This document shows, piece by piece, positions 20,746-29,934 of a stretch of DNA of 46,914 nucleotides. The DNA is taken from contig JARBTN010000002.1 of assembly GCA_029240195.1 (NCBI GenBank), forward strand, positions 1 to 46,914, given 5' to 3'. Under the pieces are notes generated by a model. The model saw nothing but the letters and a program-made list of their open reading frames with translations, ran no database searches and was not told the origin of the DNA. Position 1 is the first letter of the stretch, and each line of letters opens with the position of its first letter. Origin of the DNA: Chlamydiales bacterium (GTDB lineage: Bacteria > Chlamydiota > Chlamydiia > Chlamydiales > JARBTN01). Made by a program: the position numbers and the translations under genes.

Positions 20746-20817
20746 GCGGGTGTAGCTCAGTGGTAGAGCATCACGTTGCCAACGTGAGGGTCGTGAGTTC
20801 AAGTCTCATCACCCGCT
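20746..20817 (+). tRNA. tRNA-Gly(GCC), identical second copy
   Basis: Identical to 20646..20717, offset by 100 bp. Confidence 0.95.
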
Positions 20818-21096
20818 TCTTTCTTTAGTTCCTTCTATAAACGATTCCAAACAGCTTTTTTCCCTCAATCCCTCGAAAATTTATCGCAAGCGCTTCCCTT
20901 TTTAGAGCGGGATTTTTTTTACGAAATTGCAATAAAAAGATAAATGGGAGATACTGTTTAAGTTTCTAGCGCTTCTTTTAGCTCATCCTCTTTTTCAAGG
21001 ATCTCTAAACCTTCCTGAGGAGCCTTCCTCAAGCAGATAAAGAAAACAGAGCTAAAAGCTTATTTTTAAGATTCACTGTAACTATGGGGTCCTACT

Positions 21097-22443
21097 GTGT
21101 CAGAAGATCATCTCTCTTTCGAAAATGACAAAGTTAAAATTAACGCCAAAAAATCGCCTGGGTGCCAGATCCATTTTGACGTGTCGGTTCAAGCGCCGGC
21201 AGCGGAAAAAATCTATCAAGACGCATTCAAAGCGGTGAGCCGCGAAGTCTCCCTTCCAGGCTTTCGTAAAGGAAAAGCGCCAAAAGAGCTGATCTTAAGC
21301 CGCTTTGGCAAGCATGTCGATCAAGAGTGGACAGAGCGCTTGGCTAGAACCTCCTTTCAAGAAGCCATTACACTCTCAAGCCTGCCCCCTCTCGATGAAA
21401 AGCACATCAAGCGCCTCAATGTCAAAGAGTGCTCGAGAGAGACCGGCGCTTTGGTCGAGATCGAGTATGAATTTGAACCCAAGCTGGCCGACATCGATTT
21501 AAGCGGCATCTCTTTGACTCGCCAAGAGATTGCGCCCGTCGAAGAGAGCGACATCGAAAAAGAGCTCAAAGCCTGCCAATTTAGACATGTCAACTGGCAA
21601 GAAGTGGAAGGCCGCGCGATCGAGATGCATGACTTTGTCGATCTCGACATCGAGCTTTTAAAAGAGCCCAAAGAGATGGTTTACACCAATCAGCGCTTTG
21701 AAGTGAAAGAAGGCGCCATGCGCGAGTGGCTGAAAAACCTCGTGCTCGGCCAAAGCGTCAATGCAAGCTTAGAAGCTGTCTTTGATGTCAGCGAGACGCT
21801 TGAGAACACAAGCGAATTAGCCGACGTCACTGGCCATCAACCCTCCTTTGAAAAGCGCTTCCAAGATCAGCCTTGCCGCGTAACTGTAAAAGGGATCTAC
21901 CGCGCCGAATTGCCCGAGCTTTCCGATGCTTTGGCTGAAAAAGAGGGCTATAAGTCGCTTGCTGAGCTACGCCAAGAGATCTCTACCTATCTCGAGAGAA
22001 GCCGCAAAAAAGAGACCCAGAAAACGTTGCGCCAGGAGTTGAAAGCTCTCTTAATTGAAAAGTACCTGACCGATATGCCAGCTTCCTTAGTCAAGCATGA
22101 AAAGCAGCGCTTGAAAGAAGTGAAGCAAATGGAGCTTTCTCAAAATGGCGTCGGCAAAGCCGAAGCCGCTGAACAGTTGAAAGAGCTGGATGCCACATTT
22201 GAGACAAAAGCTCAGCAGACAGTCTTTTTATCGATGCTGATGCGCAAAGTGGCCATCCAAGCCGACATCTCGATCTATAAAGAAGAGATTCTCAATGAAG
22301 TATTCAGCAGCATGTATTCTGAGAAAAAAGACGAACTGCCTATCCATGCCGGTATGAAGCCAGAAGAGGCTCAAAACCGCGTCGTCATTAAATTGATGAT
22401 CGATAAGAGCTTGGATGTTCTCTTGGAAAAAGTCGCCTCTTAA
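21097..22443 (+). CDS. tig: Trigger factor
   Basis: SLPGFRKGKAP ribosome-binding signature; tig-clpP-clpX order. Confidence 0.93.
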   Translation: MSEDHLSFENDKVKINAKKSPGCQIHFDVSVQAPAAEKIYQDAFKAVSREVSLPGFRKGKAPKELILSRFGKHVDQEWTERLARTSFQEAITLSSLPPLDEKHIKRLNVKECSRETGALVEIEYEFEPKLADIDLSGISLTRQEIAPVEESDIEKELKACQFRHVNWQEVEGRAIEMHDFVDLDIELLKEPKEMVYTNQRFEVKEGAMREWLKNLVLGQSVNASLEAVFDVSETLENTSELADVTGHQPSFEKRFQDQPCRVTVKGIYRAELPELSDALAEKEGYKSLAELRQEISTYLERSRKKETQKTLRQELKALLIEKYLTDMPASLVKHEKQRLKEVKQMELSQNGVGKAEAAEQLKELDATFETKAQQTVFLSMLMRKVAIQADISIYKEEILNEVFSSMYSEKKDELPIHAGMKPEEAQNRVVIKLMIDKSLDVLLEKVAS

Positions 22444-22458
22444 GCGCCTCTTCCCTCC

Positions 22459-22489
22459 TTTTGGAGAGAGCAAAATGCTCTCTCCAAAA
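22459..22489 (+). terminator. Hairpin/terminator after tig
   Basis: TTTTGGAGAGAGCA-aaa-TGCTCTCTCCAAAA. Confidence 0.55.
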
Positions 22490-22597
22490 TCCCCTTTCCC
22501 CCGATAAATAGCCGCAAGGCTCCCGCAAAAATGTCTTGACGCCAGAACGTGGCGTGGCCTATAAAGAAGGGTTCATCACCGTAATTTAAGGATTGAT

Positions 22598-23224
22598 ATG
22601 AGTACTGAGCGCCCCTTTAATTCCCTGACACCTTATGTGATTGAGGACACCGGACGTGGCGAGAGGTCGATGGACATCTACTCGCGCTTATTGAAAGATC
22701 GCATCATCTTCATCGGCACAGAGATCAACGATCAAGTGGCCAATGTCGTCATTGCCCAGATCCTGTTCTTGAAGATGGAAGATCCCAAAAAAGACATCCA
22801 CATCTACATCAACTCCCCTGGCGGCTACATCACAAGCGGTCTGGCTATCTACGACACCATGCAATGGGTTGGCTGCGACATCACCACGACATGCATTGGC
22901 CAGGCCTCTTCTATGGGCGCCGTGCTCTTAGCAGCAGGGACAAAAGGCAAGCGCTATGCGCTGCCCAATAGCCGCATCATGATCCACCAGCCGATGGGAG
23001 GCATTGGAGGCACCAGCGCCGATATCGCTGTGCAGGCCAAAGAGATCCTCTACATGAAGCAGCGCCTGACCGATATCTTATCGGGAGCGACAGGCCAAGA
23101 CAGAGAACGGGTCATCGAAGATACGGAACGCGATTTCTTCATGTCGCCGGAGCAAGCGCTCTCCTATGGCATCATCGACGAAGTGGTGCGGCCAAAATCT
23201 TGCGCAGCAGCCCCAGCAGCCTAG
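22598..23224 (+). CDS. clpP: ATP-dependent Clp protease proteolytic subunit (ClpP2 type)
   Basis: [38 protein letters not shown]. Confidence 0.97.
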   Translation: MSTERPFNSLTPYVIEDTGRGERSMDIYSRLLKDRIIFIGTEINDQVANVVIAQILFLKMEDPKKDIHIYINSPGGYITSGLAIYDTMQWVGCDITTTCIGQASSMGAVLLAAGTKGKRYALPNSRIMIHQPMGGIGGTSADIAVQAKEILYMKQRLTDILSGATGQDRERVIEDTERDFFMSPEQALSYGIIDEVVRPKSCAAAPAA

Positions 23225-23460
23225 GTCTTCTTGCAAGCCACCCTCATCGGTGGCTTTTTCCTTTTCTCCTTTAAATTCAAAGCTTTTTACAAAAGCCCCT
23301 CAGACTTTAACCCTAAATGCGGGCGTCGGCGGCAAATTTAAGGTTCAACCGGCCTCTTTTTTTACCCTTTTTCTTCAAAAATAATGAAAAGAAAGGTTTC
23401 AACTAACGCGGAATCTGGTATAATCGACTCATCAATGGCAAACTTAGAATGTAGAGGAAT

Positions 23461-24702
23461 ATGTCCAAAAAGTCCTTTTCTCCAAAAAATATAGCGGCTT
23501 GTTCTTTCTGTGGGCGCACTGAAGATTTAGTCGAGAAGCTCATCTCCGGCCCTGACGTCTATATTTGCGATAAGTGCGTACGCCTTTGCAACGGCATCAT
23601 TGAGAAGAAGCCGGCGACCGATTTGGAAATCAAACTTCTCAAGCCGAGAGAAATTAAGGCTCGCCTCGATGAGCATATCATCGGCCAAGAAGAAGCCAAA
23701 CGCACCATCTCAGTGGCCGTCTACAACCACTACAAGCGGATTGTATCGCAGGGCAAACACAAAGACGTGGCGCTCAGCAAGTCCAACGTGCTCCTCTTTG
23801 GGCCGACCGGCTCGGGAAAGACTTTGATTGCCAAGACATTGGCCAGCATCTTAGATGTCCCCTTCACGATTGCCGATGCGACGACTTTGACAGAAGCCGG
23901 TTACGTGGGCGAAGATGTGGAAAACATCATCTTGCGCCTCTTGCAAGCGGCAGACTATGACGTCTCCAAGGCCGAAAAAGGGATCATCTATGTCGACGAA
24001 ATCGACAAAATCCATCGCACGACATCGAATGTCTCGATCACCCGCGACGTGTCAGGAGAGGGTGTCCAGCAGGCTCTTTTAAAAATTGTCGAGGGCACTG
24101 TAGCCAACGTCCCCCCCAAAGGCGGGCGCAAACACCCCAATCAAGAGTACATTCGCATCAACACCGACAATATCTTGTTCATCGTCGGCGGCGCCTTTGT
24201 CAGCTTAGACCGCATCATCGCCAAAAGGCTCGGCAGATCTACCATCGGCTTCCGCGCCGGCGATAAAGATGCGATCGATCACACGGAGAAAAATCTGCTC
24301 CTCTCCAAAGTGGAGTCGGAAGATTTCATCCAATTTGGCATGATCCCTGAGTTCATCGGGCGCTTCAACACCATCGTCAACTGCAATGAACTGACCAAAG
24401 AGGACTTAGTCCAGATTCTGTCTGAACCGAAAAATGCCATCATCAAGCAATATGAGGCGCTTTTCGACATGGAAGGGGTCAAGCTCAACTTCACTAAAGA
24501 GGCTTTGGACGCGATTGCTGAAAAAGCAATCCGCAGCGGTACCGGCGCTCGAGCGCTGCGCATGGTCTTAGAGGATAAAATTCGCACCCTGATGTTCGAA
24601 GTCCCCTCCGATGAGACCGTCGCCGAGATCACTATCGAGCGAGAGACGATCACCGAAGGCAAGGCGCCGATCATCCGCCGCCACGACGAGAAAATTGCTT
24701 AA
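23461..24702 (+). CDS. clpX: ATP-dependent Clp protease ATP-binding subunit ClpX
   Basis: CSFCG...ICDKC zinc finger, [30 protein letters not shown] loop. Confidence 0.97.
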   Translation: MSKKSFSPKNIAACSFCGRTEDLVEKLISGPDVYICDKCVRLCNGIIEKKPATDLEIKLLKPREIKARLDEHIIGQEEAKRTISVAVYNHYKRIVSQGKHKDVALSKSNVLLFGPTGSGKTLIAKTLASILDVPFTIADATTLTEAGYVGEDVENIILRLLQAADYDVSKAEKGIIYVDEIDKIHRTTSNVSITRDVSGEGVQQALLKIVEGTVANVPPKGGRKHPNQEYIRINTDNILFIVGGAFVSLDRIIAKRLGRSTIGFRAGDKDAIDHTEKNLLLSKVESEDFIQFGMIPEFIGRFNTIVNCNELTKEDLVQILSEPKNAIIKQYEALFDMEGVKLNFTKEALDAIAEKAIRSGTGARALRMVLEDKIRTLMFEVPSDETVAEITIERETITEGKAPIIRRHDEKIA

Positions 24703-24749
24703 AATTTTTTAAAAGGCGGCCCTTCGGGCCTCTCTTTTGAACTCAAATC

Positions 24750-24796
24750 AAAGGCCTTGAGACTTAAGGAAACTTTCCTTAAGTCTCAAGGCCTTT
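24750..24796. repeat. Perfect 23-bp inverted repeat with a 1-nt centre
   Basis: AAAGGCCTTGAGACTTAAGGAAA-c-TTTCCTTAAGTCTCAAGGCCTTT. Confidence 0.85.
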
Positions 24797-24983
24797 TGTT
24801 TTTTCTACCCCAACCCTCACTCAAACGCTCAAAGATAGACAAAACCTCAATCTGTGCCAAGCCAAGTTTTGCCCATCAAAAGTTTTAGCCCGGCTACCTA
24901 AAAAGCTAAAGGCGGCTAAGAATTTTGCCGATGACTCCCAAAAGGTATATTTTCAAAACTCGCTTTTATTGGAGAGGATTTTT

Positions 24984-26429
24984 ATGAGCGTTGTTACTCC
25001 TGGCACCCAAGGTTCTCTTTTGACAGCTCCCGGGGCCCCCCCGCTGAGCACCGACATCAACCACTTCCCAAAGCATGAGACTCTTGTCAATGTCAATGGC
25101 AAGCAAACGGTCACGACGACCTTCATCCGCCAAGAGGCGCAAGACTACTTTCTTCAGCAGATGGCCATTGTCCAAAACTTTTATAATAACTCTGGCGGCG
25201 TCACCTATGCGCAGGCCAATACAGCGATGCAGACGTTGCTCACTTGGGCCACCACCAATTACGTCGACAACACCGGGGCCGAGCAGCTGGCAGCTTACCC
25301 CAAAACCGTCAATGGCGTATTAATCACCGACTTAGGGCCCATCACCCCTTTTATGGCCGAGAGCTTAGAGCTGACGCGCAAATTGGCGCAAGGGCTTGGC
25401 GTCTTTAATGGCGCGGCCCCTTCGGCGACACAATTGGCGGTCTGGCGCTCGACAGCATATATGGAAAACGCCATTGCCGAAGTGATTTCTAATGGCAATA
25501 AAGCCCGAACAGGAACGCTAGTCTGGCTCGACACGGAGACCGGCAAGGCGCCAACAGCCTCATCGACAAAAGCTGCTTGGTACTTTGTCGAATCAAAGAT
25601 GGTCTCCACCTCACTTCAGCACTTAGTGGAAGTGGAATATGTGAGAGGCGGCTATGACGCCATCTATAAAGAGCTCTTCACACTAAACCAAGCCATATCG
25701 ACCAACTCCAGCGTTTTAAAAGTGCTCAACAAGTTGCAACAGGTGATGAACCAAAAGGCGCCGACGGCCTGGCGGATGCAGATCGAAGATTTGCCCATTG
25801 CCGTCAGCATTGCCGACCCTTTTGCTGGCCAGCAAAAATTTGACACCTTCACCAAGCGAATGGACGATTGGGAAAAAGCTAACTTTGATAGTGACATTCC
25901 GCCCCGGGTCACCACCGATAACCTCACCGAAGCCAAAGAAGCCATCGATATCATGACGCAGAATTTAGAGGCCTATGGCTATACGACAGTATCTACCGAC
26001 CGTTTGGAGCAGCTGCAAGATATGCTCAAGTACTTCATCGCCGCTCCAAGCACCGTTGGGACAAACGCGCAGCCCAGTGGAGGGATTGTCTACCAGCTCG
26101 ATGAGGCAGGCACAGGCGATGTCACCATTGCTCTAAACCAGGTGATTGCCGATATGGAGGTCATTTTAAGCGACTCGAGCAATACGACGACGACAGAGTC
26201 GGCTCTTCAAGTTTGGATGGAAGACTTCAATACGGCGGCCCATACCGACGGCCACCACCAAATGCACCTAAACCAAGCCATTGCCGCAGCGACATCCTTT
26301 AACGATCTGCAGCGTGAAAACATGCGCAAGACGATGTTCTTGTACGAGGAATTCATCAAATCGGCGGGGGCGCTGCTCTCGAGAATCACCCAGATCATTG
26401 AAAAATTGGCTGGCACCATCTCCCGTTAA
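24984..26429 (+). CDS. Hypothetical T3SS-associated protein, candidate needle-tip (LcrV/IpaD-like) subunit
   Basis: First gene of the run leading to the translocon. Amphipathic C-terminal helix SFNDLQRENMRKTMFLYEEFIKSAGALLSRITQIIEKL. ATG at 24984 follows a GGAGAGG RBS. Confidence 0.6.
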   Translation: MSVVTPGTQGSLLTAPGAPPLSTDINHFPKHETLVNVNGKQTVTTTFIRQEAQDYFLQQMAIVQNFYNNSGGVTYAQANTAMQTLLTWATTNYVDNTGAEQLAAYPKTVNGVLITDLGPITPFMAESLELTRKLAQGLGVFNGAAPSATQLAVWRSTAYMENAIAEVISNGNKARTGTLVWLDTETGKAPTASSTKAAWYFVESKMVSTSLQHLVEVEYVRGGYDAIYKELFTLNQAISTNSSVLKVLNKLQQVMNQKAPTAWRMQIEDLPIAVSIADPFAGQQKFDTFTKRMDDWEKANFDSDIPPRVTTDNLTEAKEAIDIMTQNLEAYGYTTVSTDRLEQLQDMLKYFIAAPSTVGTNAQPSGGIVYQLDEAGTGDVTIALNQVIADMEVILSDSSNTTTTESALQVWMEDFNTAAHTDGHHQMHLNQAIAAATSFNDLQRENMRKTMFLYEEFIKSAGALLSRITQIIEKLAGTISR

Positions 26430-26453
26430 AGCTTTTACTTAGAGGTAAAGCTC

Positions 26454-27806
26454 ATGCTCATAGAGACATTCATCGAGAAGCTGCCCAGCATCTCTTATCA
26501 AAATAGCGGCCCCGCTTCTTTTGCAGCAAGCGGGCTGCTCTCTGAAGGGTCCGGCTCGGCGTTTTCTTCCTTTTTAAATGGATTCAATCAAAACCGGCAA
26601 TGGTCGAGCTGGACTGACTTCATCGATAAATGGCGCGCCTTTACCGGCTATGGGGCAGCTCACCCAGGGCTCAATGCAAGGTCCGGTCCAGCCTTTACAG
26701 CCCTTGTCAGCGACTTAAAAAATGCCTTGGCCATCCAGGCCGGTGGCGGAGATTTTGCCCCTTACTTGGCAAGCTTCACTGACCCGACCGATTTTGATCG
26801 AGACATCGAGCAGATTGCCGACGGCTTGATGACCCACATCTTAAATGACTTTCCCTTCCCCTCAGATGGTAGCGCTCCGACATCTGCCTATTTCTTTAGC
26901 TACCTGCAAGACGCCCTGACGACAACGGCTTACTTGCTCAATAGCAGCGCCTCTAATAACGTCGCCACCTATGAAGCCATCTATAGCTCCTTATTTAGCA
27001 CGGGCTTTTCAGAGAAGCTCGTCGACTTCATTGGGCGGCAGGTGGAAGGGGAAGGGTTCTTCACCCCTAGCGTCTTCTATGACAAATGGATTGCAGAGAT
27101 CATCTCCGATTATAAATCCTTGCAGATGCAAGACTTGTCGCCAAACGAATTGAAGAGGCGGCAGGTGACCGATGTCTTGTTTCTCGTGCTCATCCAAATG
27201 CTCGAGATCATTCAAGAATCGATTTCGGTGCAGGCCAAAGTTGCCACTTACATCGCCAAATGGCAAGAGCAATACACCAATTGCATGGAGGCCACCCCCC
27301 TCTATGTACAAAGTCCCGATAGCTACGCCGGGCTGACTCTCGATCGACTGCATGAAATTGCTGTAGAAGCGGTAGAGAAAGAAGGGGTGCCCCAAAGCGC
27401 TTTTGCCGTCCCCCTTCGCGATCCGCCTTCACCCTTCATTACGACAGTCAACTATGCCCTGCCTAAAGACCACGTATCGGGCATTCTCAACTTAACTGTC
27501 GGCGTCGACTATTTAAAGACGCACAGTTTCCCCTTAGGCGGCGTCGGCGAGCTCTACGGCAACGACATCATCGTCAGGCAAAGATGGCAGGGCTCAGGCG
27601 ACAATGCGTCCACGAGAAGTGAGAAGAACCAGGTGATGAGCCAATACTTGTCCAATATCCGCGGCCGCCGCACAGCCTTGAGCTCGCAGCAAAAGCAAGT
27701 AGAGAGCGGCTTAGAGACGACCAACAACTCTCTCAACCAGCTCTCTGCAATCATGACCGCTGTGTTAGCTCAGCTCAATGGCATGCTGAAAGATATCTTC
27801 CGTTAA
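26454..27806 (+). CDS. Hypothetical T3SS-associated coiled-coil protein (paralog A)
   Basis: GAGG RBS, long C-terminal heptad helix ending IFR, strongly similar to the next gene. Confidence 0.7.
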   Translation: MLIETFIEKLPSISYQNSGPASFAASGLLSEGSGSAFSSFLNGFNQNRQWSSWTDFIDKWRAFTGYGAAHPGLNARSGPAFTALVSDLKNALAIQAGGGDFAPYLASFTDPTDFDRDIEQIADGLMTHILNDFPFPSDGSAPTSAYFFSYLQDALTTTAYLLNSSASNNVATYEAIYSSLFSTGFSEKLVDFIGRQVEGEGFFTPSVFYDKWIAEIISDYKSLQMQDLSPNELKRRQVTDVLFLVLIQMLEIIQESISVQAKVATYIAKWQEQYTNCMEATPLYVQSPDSYAGLTLDRLHEIAVEAVEKEGVPQSAFAVPLRDPPSPFITTVNYALPKDHVSGILNLTVGVDYLKTHSFPLGGVGELYGNDIIVRQRWQGSGDNASTRSEKNQVMSQYLSNIRGRRTALSSQQKQVESGLETTNNSLNQLSAIMTAVLAQLNGMLKDIFR

Positions 27807-27833
27807 CCAGAACACTGTTTTTTGGAGAATCGA

Positions 27834-29306
27834 ATGCGTATCGAAGACTTTATCAATTCCCTTTCCCAGTATACTTACCAGGTCGCCGGACCGACAAGTT
27901 TTGGGCAAAGCGGACTTTACGCCGAAGGGTCGAGCTCACAATTTGCCTCCTTCTTAAGCACCTTCAACCGCAGTCAAAACTGGTCGAGCTGGACGGACTT
28001 CATCGAAAAATGGCGCGCCTTTTCCGGATATCAAACAGCGCACCCAACAGTTGGCGTGGAAGAAGGCCCCGCTTTTTTAGGGTTTGTCTCTGATTTTAAG
28101 GTGGCGCTTGGCATCACCGCGGCAGGCGGCGATTTTTTGCATTATAAAAATAGCTTTGCCTCCAGTGCGGACTTTGATGCGGAAATCAATCACATTGTCA
28201 ACGGCTTGATGACGCAAATTTTAAATGACTACCCCTTTGCAGCCGATGGGAGCGCTGCCACTCCCACAGCCTTTTTTAACTACTTAAAACAGGCGATGAC
28301 AGTCACCGGTTATCTGTTGACGGCCACGGTCGGATCAAGCCAAGTGGCCAGCTATGAGAGGATCTACAATAGCTTATTTAGCTCCGGCTTTAGCGCCAAG
28401 CTCGTCGATTTCATCTCCCGCAAAGTGGCATCCGCGGGGTTTTTCACCCCCAGCCTATTTTATGAAGAGTGGGTGGAAGAGGTGCAAGCCGATTTTAAAG
28501 CCACGCAAGGAACGCTGCTCTCGCCAAACGAAAAGCAACGGCGGCAGATTGCCATGACGGTCTACGATATGCTGATCGAGATGATGCAAAATTTGCAAGA
28601 GACCGTCTCCATGCAATCGAAGGCCACGATTTACTTATCCCAGTGGCAAAAAGAGTATACGACCTGCATGCAAGGCACGCCCATCTATGTCAGCGCGCCT
28701 TCCAACTACGCAGGGCTGACGCTAGACTCGCTCCATACCATTGCCGCAAATGCCATGAAATATGAAGACTTAGATCCCTACCACTTCCGCATTAAATACT
28801 GGACTCTGGTCGGCCCCTCGGCAATTGCAGAAGGAACCGGTCACCATCCCGCCGGGTGGCTGGGTGTTTGGACCAGCGAATATAAATGGGCCGGGATCTG
28901 GCTCGACTACGCCGCCAACCCCTACTTTCAAGCCTCTCTTCACCCGGCTCCCGACGGCTCGGCTTCGGGAAGTGGAACCACCCCTGGACCAAACAGCTTT
29001 GGCCTCGGCTGGATCAAAGGCAAGTATTATAGCTGGTATGATGGCGTCCAGCTTTGGAGCACCGATATGGTCATCCGGCAAAGGTGGCAGGGCGCAGGCG
29101 ACAATGCCGATGCCAGATCGGCCAGGAACCAGGTTTTAAACCAGTTTTTAGAAGACATGCGCGGCAAGCGGTCGGTGATCAAAGACCAAGAAGATCAGCT
29201 GACTAACGCGCTGCAAAACACGAACCACTCAATCAATCAGATGGGCGATCTCATGACGGCCATCATGCAGCAGATGAGCACCATGCTGCAGTCTATCTTC
29301 CGTTAA
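27834..29306 (+). CDS. Hypothetical T3SS-associated coiled-coil protein (paralog B)
   Basis: Start MRIEDFI matches paralog A MLIETFI; GGAGA RBS; lies directly upstream of the LcrH chaperone. Confidence 0.7.
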   Translation: MRIEDFINSLSQYTYQVAGPTSFGQSGLYAEGSSSQFASFLSTFNRSQNWSSWTDFIEKWRAFSGYQTAHPTVGVEEGPAFLGFVSDFKVALGITAAGGDFLHYKNSFASSADFDAEINHIVNGLMTQILNDYPFAADGSAATPTAFFNYLKQAMTVTGYLLTATVGSSQVASYERIYNSLFSSGFSAKLVDFISRKVASAGFFTPSLFYEEWVEEVQADFKATQGTLLSPNEKQRRQIAMTVYDMLIEMMQNLQETVSMQSKATIYLSQWQKEYTTCMQGTPIYVSAPSNYAGLTLDSLHTIAANAMKYEDLDPYHFRIKYWTLVGPSAIAEGTGHHPAGWLGVWTSEYKWAGIWLDYAANPYFQASLHPAPDGSASGSGTTPGPNSFGLGWIKGKYYSWYDGVQLWSTDMVIRQRWQGAGDNADARSARNQVLNQFLEDMRGKRSVIKDQEDQLTNALQNTNHSINQMGDLMTAIMQQMSTMLQSIFR

Positions 29307-29327
29307 TAATAAAAAAAGGGATTTTTT

Positions 29328-29867
29328 ATGGACCTCGACCAACTACAAAAAGCCATGTCAGAAGTGAACCTCTTTGCCGGCAAGAAGGCAGAAGGGATGA
29401 TTAAAGACCTTCTCTCCAAAGCTATGACCAATGGCTCGTCGCCAAAGGCGGCCCTACAAATTAGCGAAGAGACGATGGAGGGCATCTATAGCCAAGGCTA
29501 TAACCTCTACAATCAAGGGCGCTATCAAGACGCCAGCTACGTCTTCCGCCTGCTGATGATGCTCGACTACAAGGTTGCCAAATACACATTGGGCCTAGCC
29601 GCTTGCTTGCACCGCTTGGGAGATTTTTCCAATGCCATCGTCATCTACACGTTGGTGGGAGTTTTAGAGCCGACAAATCCCATCCCTTACTACCATGCAG
29701 CCGACTGCTTTTTAAAATTGGGCCAAACTGAGGGCGCTTTTTGGGCCTTGGATCAGACAATCATGCTGAGCGCAGAGAATGAAGAGCATGCCGTCTTAAA
29801 AGAGCGCGCCAAGATATTGAAGCAAGGCGTGATGCAAGAAATGCAGCAAGAAAGACCTAAGCAATAA
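29328..29867 (+). CDS. lcrH: SycD/LcrH-family class II T3SS translocator chaperone (Scc2/Scc3-like)
   Basis: MEGIYSQGYNLYNQGRYQDA..VFRLL, YTLGLAAC, NPIPYYHAADC TPR pattern. Confidence 0.9.
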   Translation: MDLDQLQKAMSEVNLFAGKKAEGMIKDLLSKAMTNGSSPKAALQISEETMEGIYSQGYNLYNQGRYQDASYVFRLLMMLDYKVAKYTLGLAACLHRLGDFSNAIVIYTLVGVLEPTNPIPYYHAADCFLKLGQTEGAFWALDQTIMLSAENEEHAVLKERAKILKQGVMQEMQQERPKQ

Positions 29868-29934
29868 ATCACTTATAGTGCACTGGATCTGAAATATTAA
29901 CTCTAGACAACAGCTTTAATAAAGAGAGGTCACG

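Noticed and set aside
20468-20755. 95-aa ORF
   Set aside because: It overlaps the tRNA-Gly genes and is spurious.
20646-20817. Direct repeat with a short spacer, resembling a CRISPR array or att site
   Set aside because: The repeats are complete tRNA genes, and there are no cas or integrase genes in the window.
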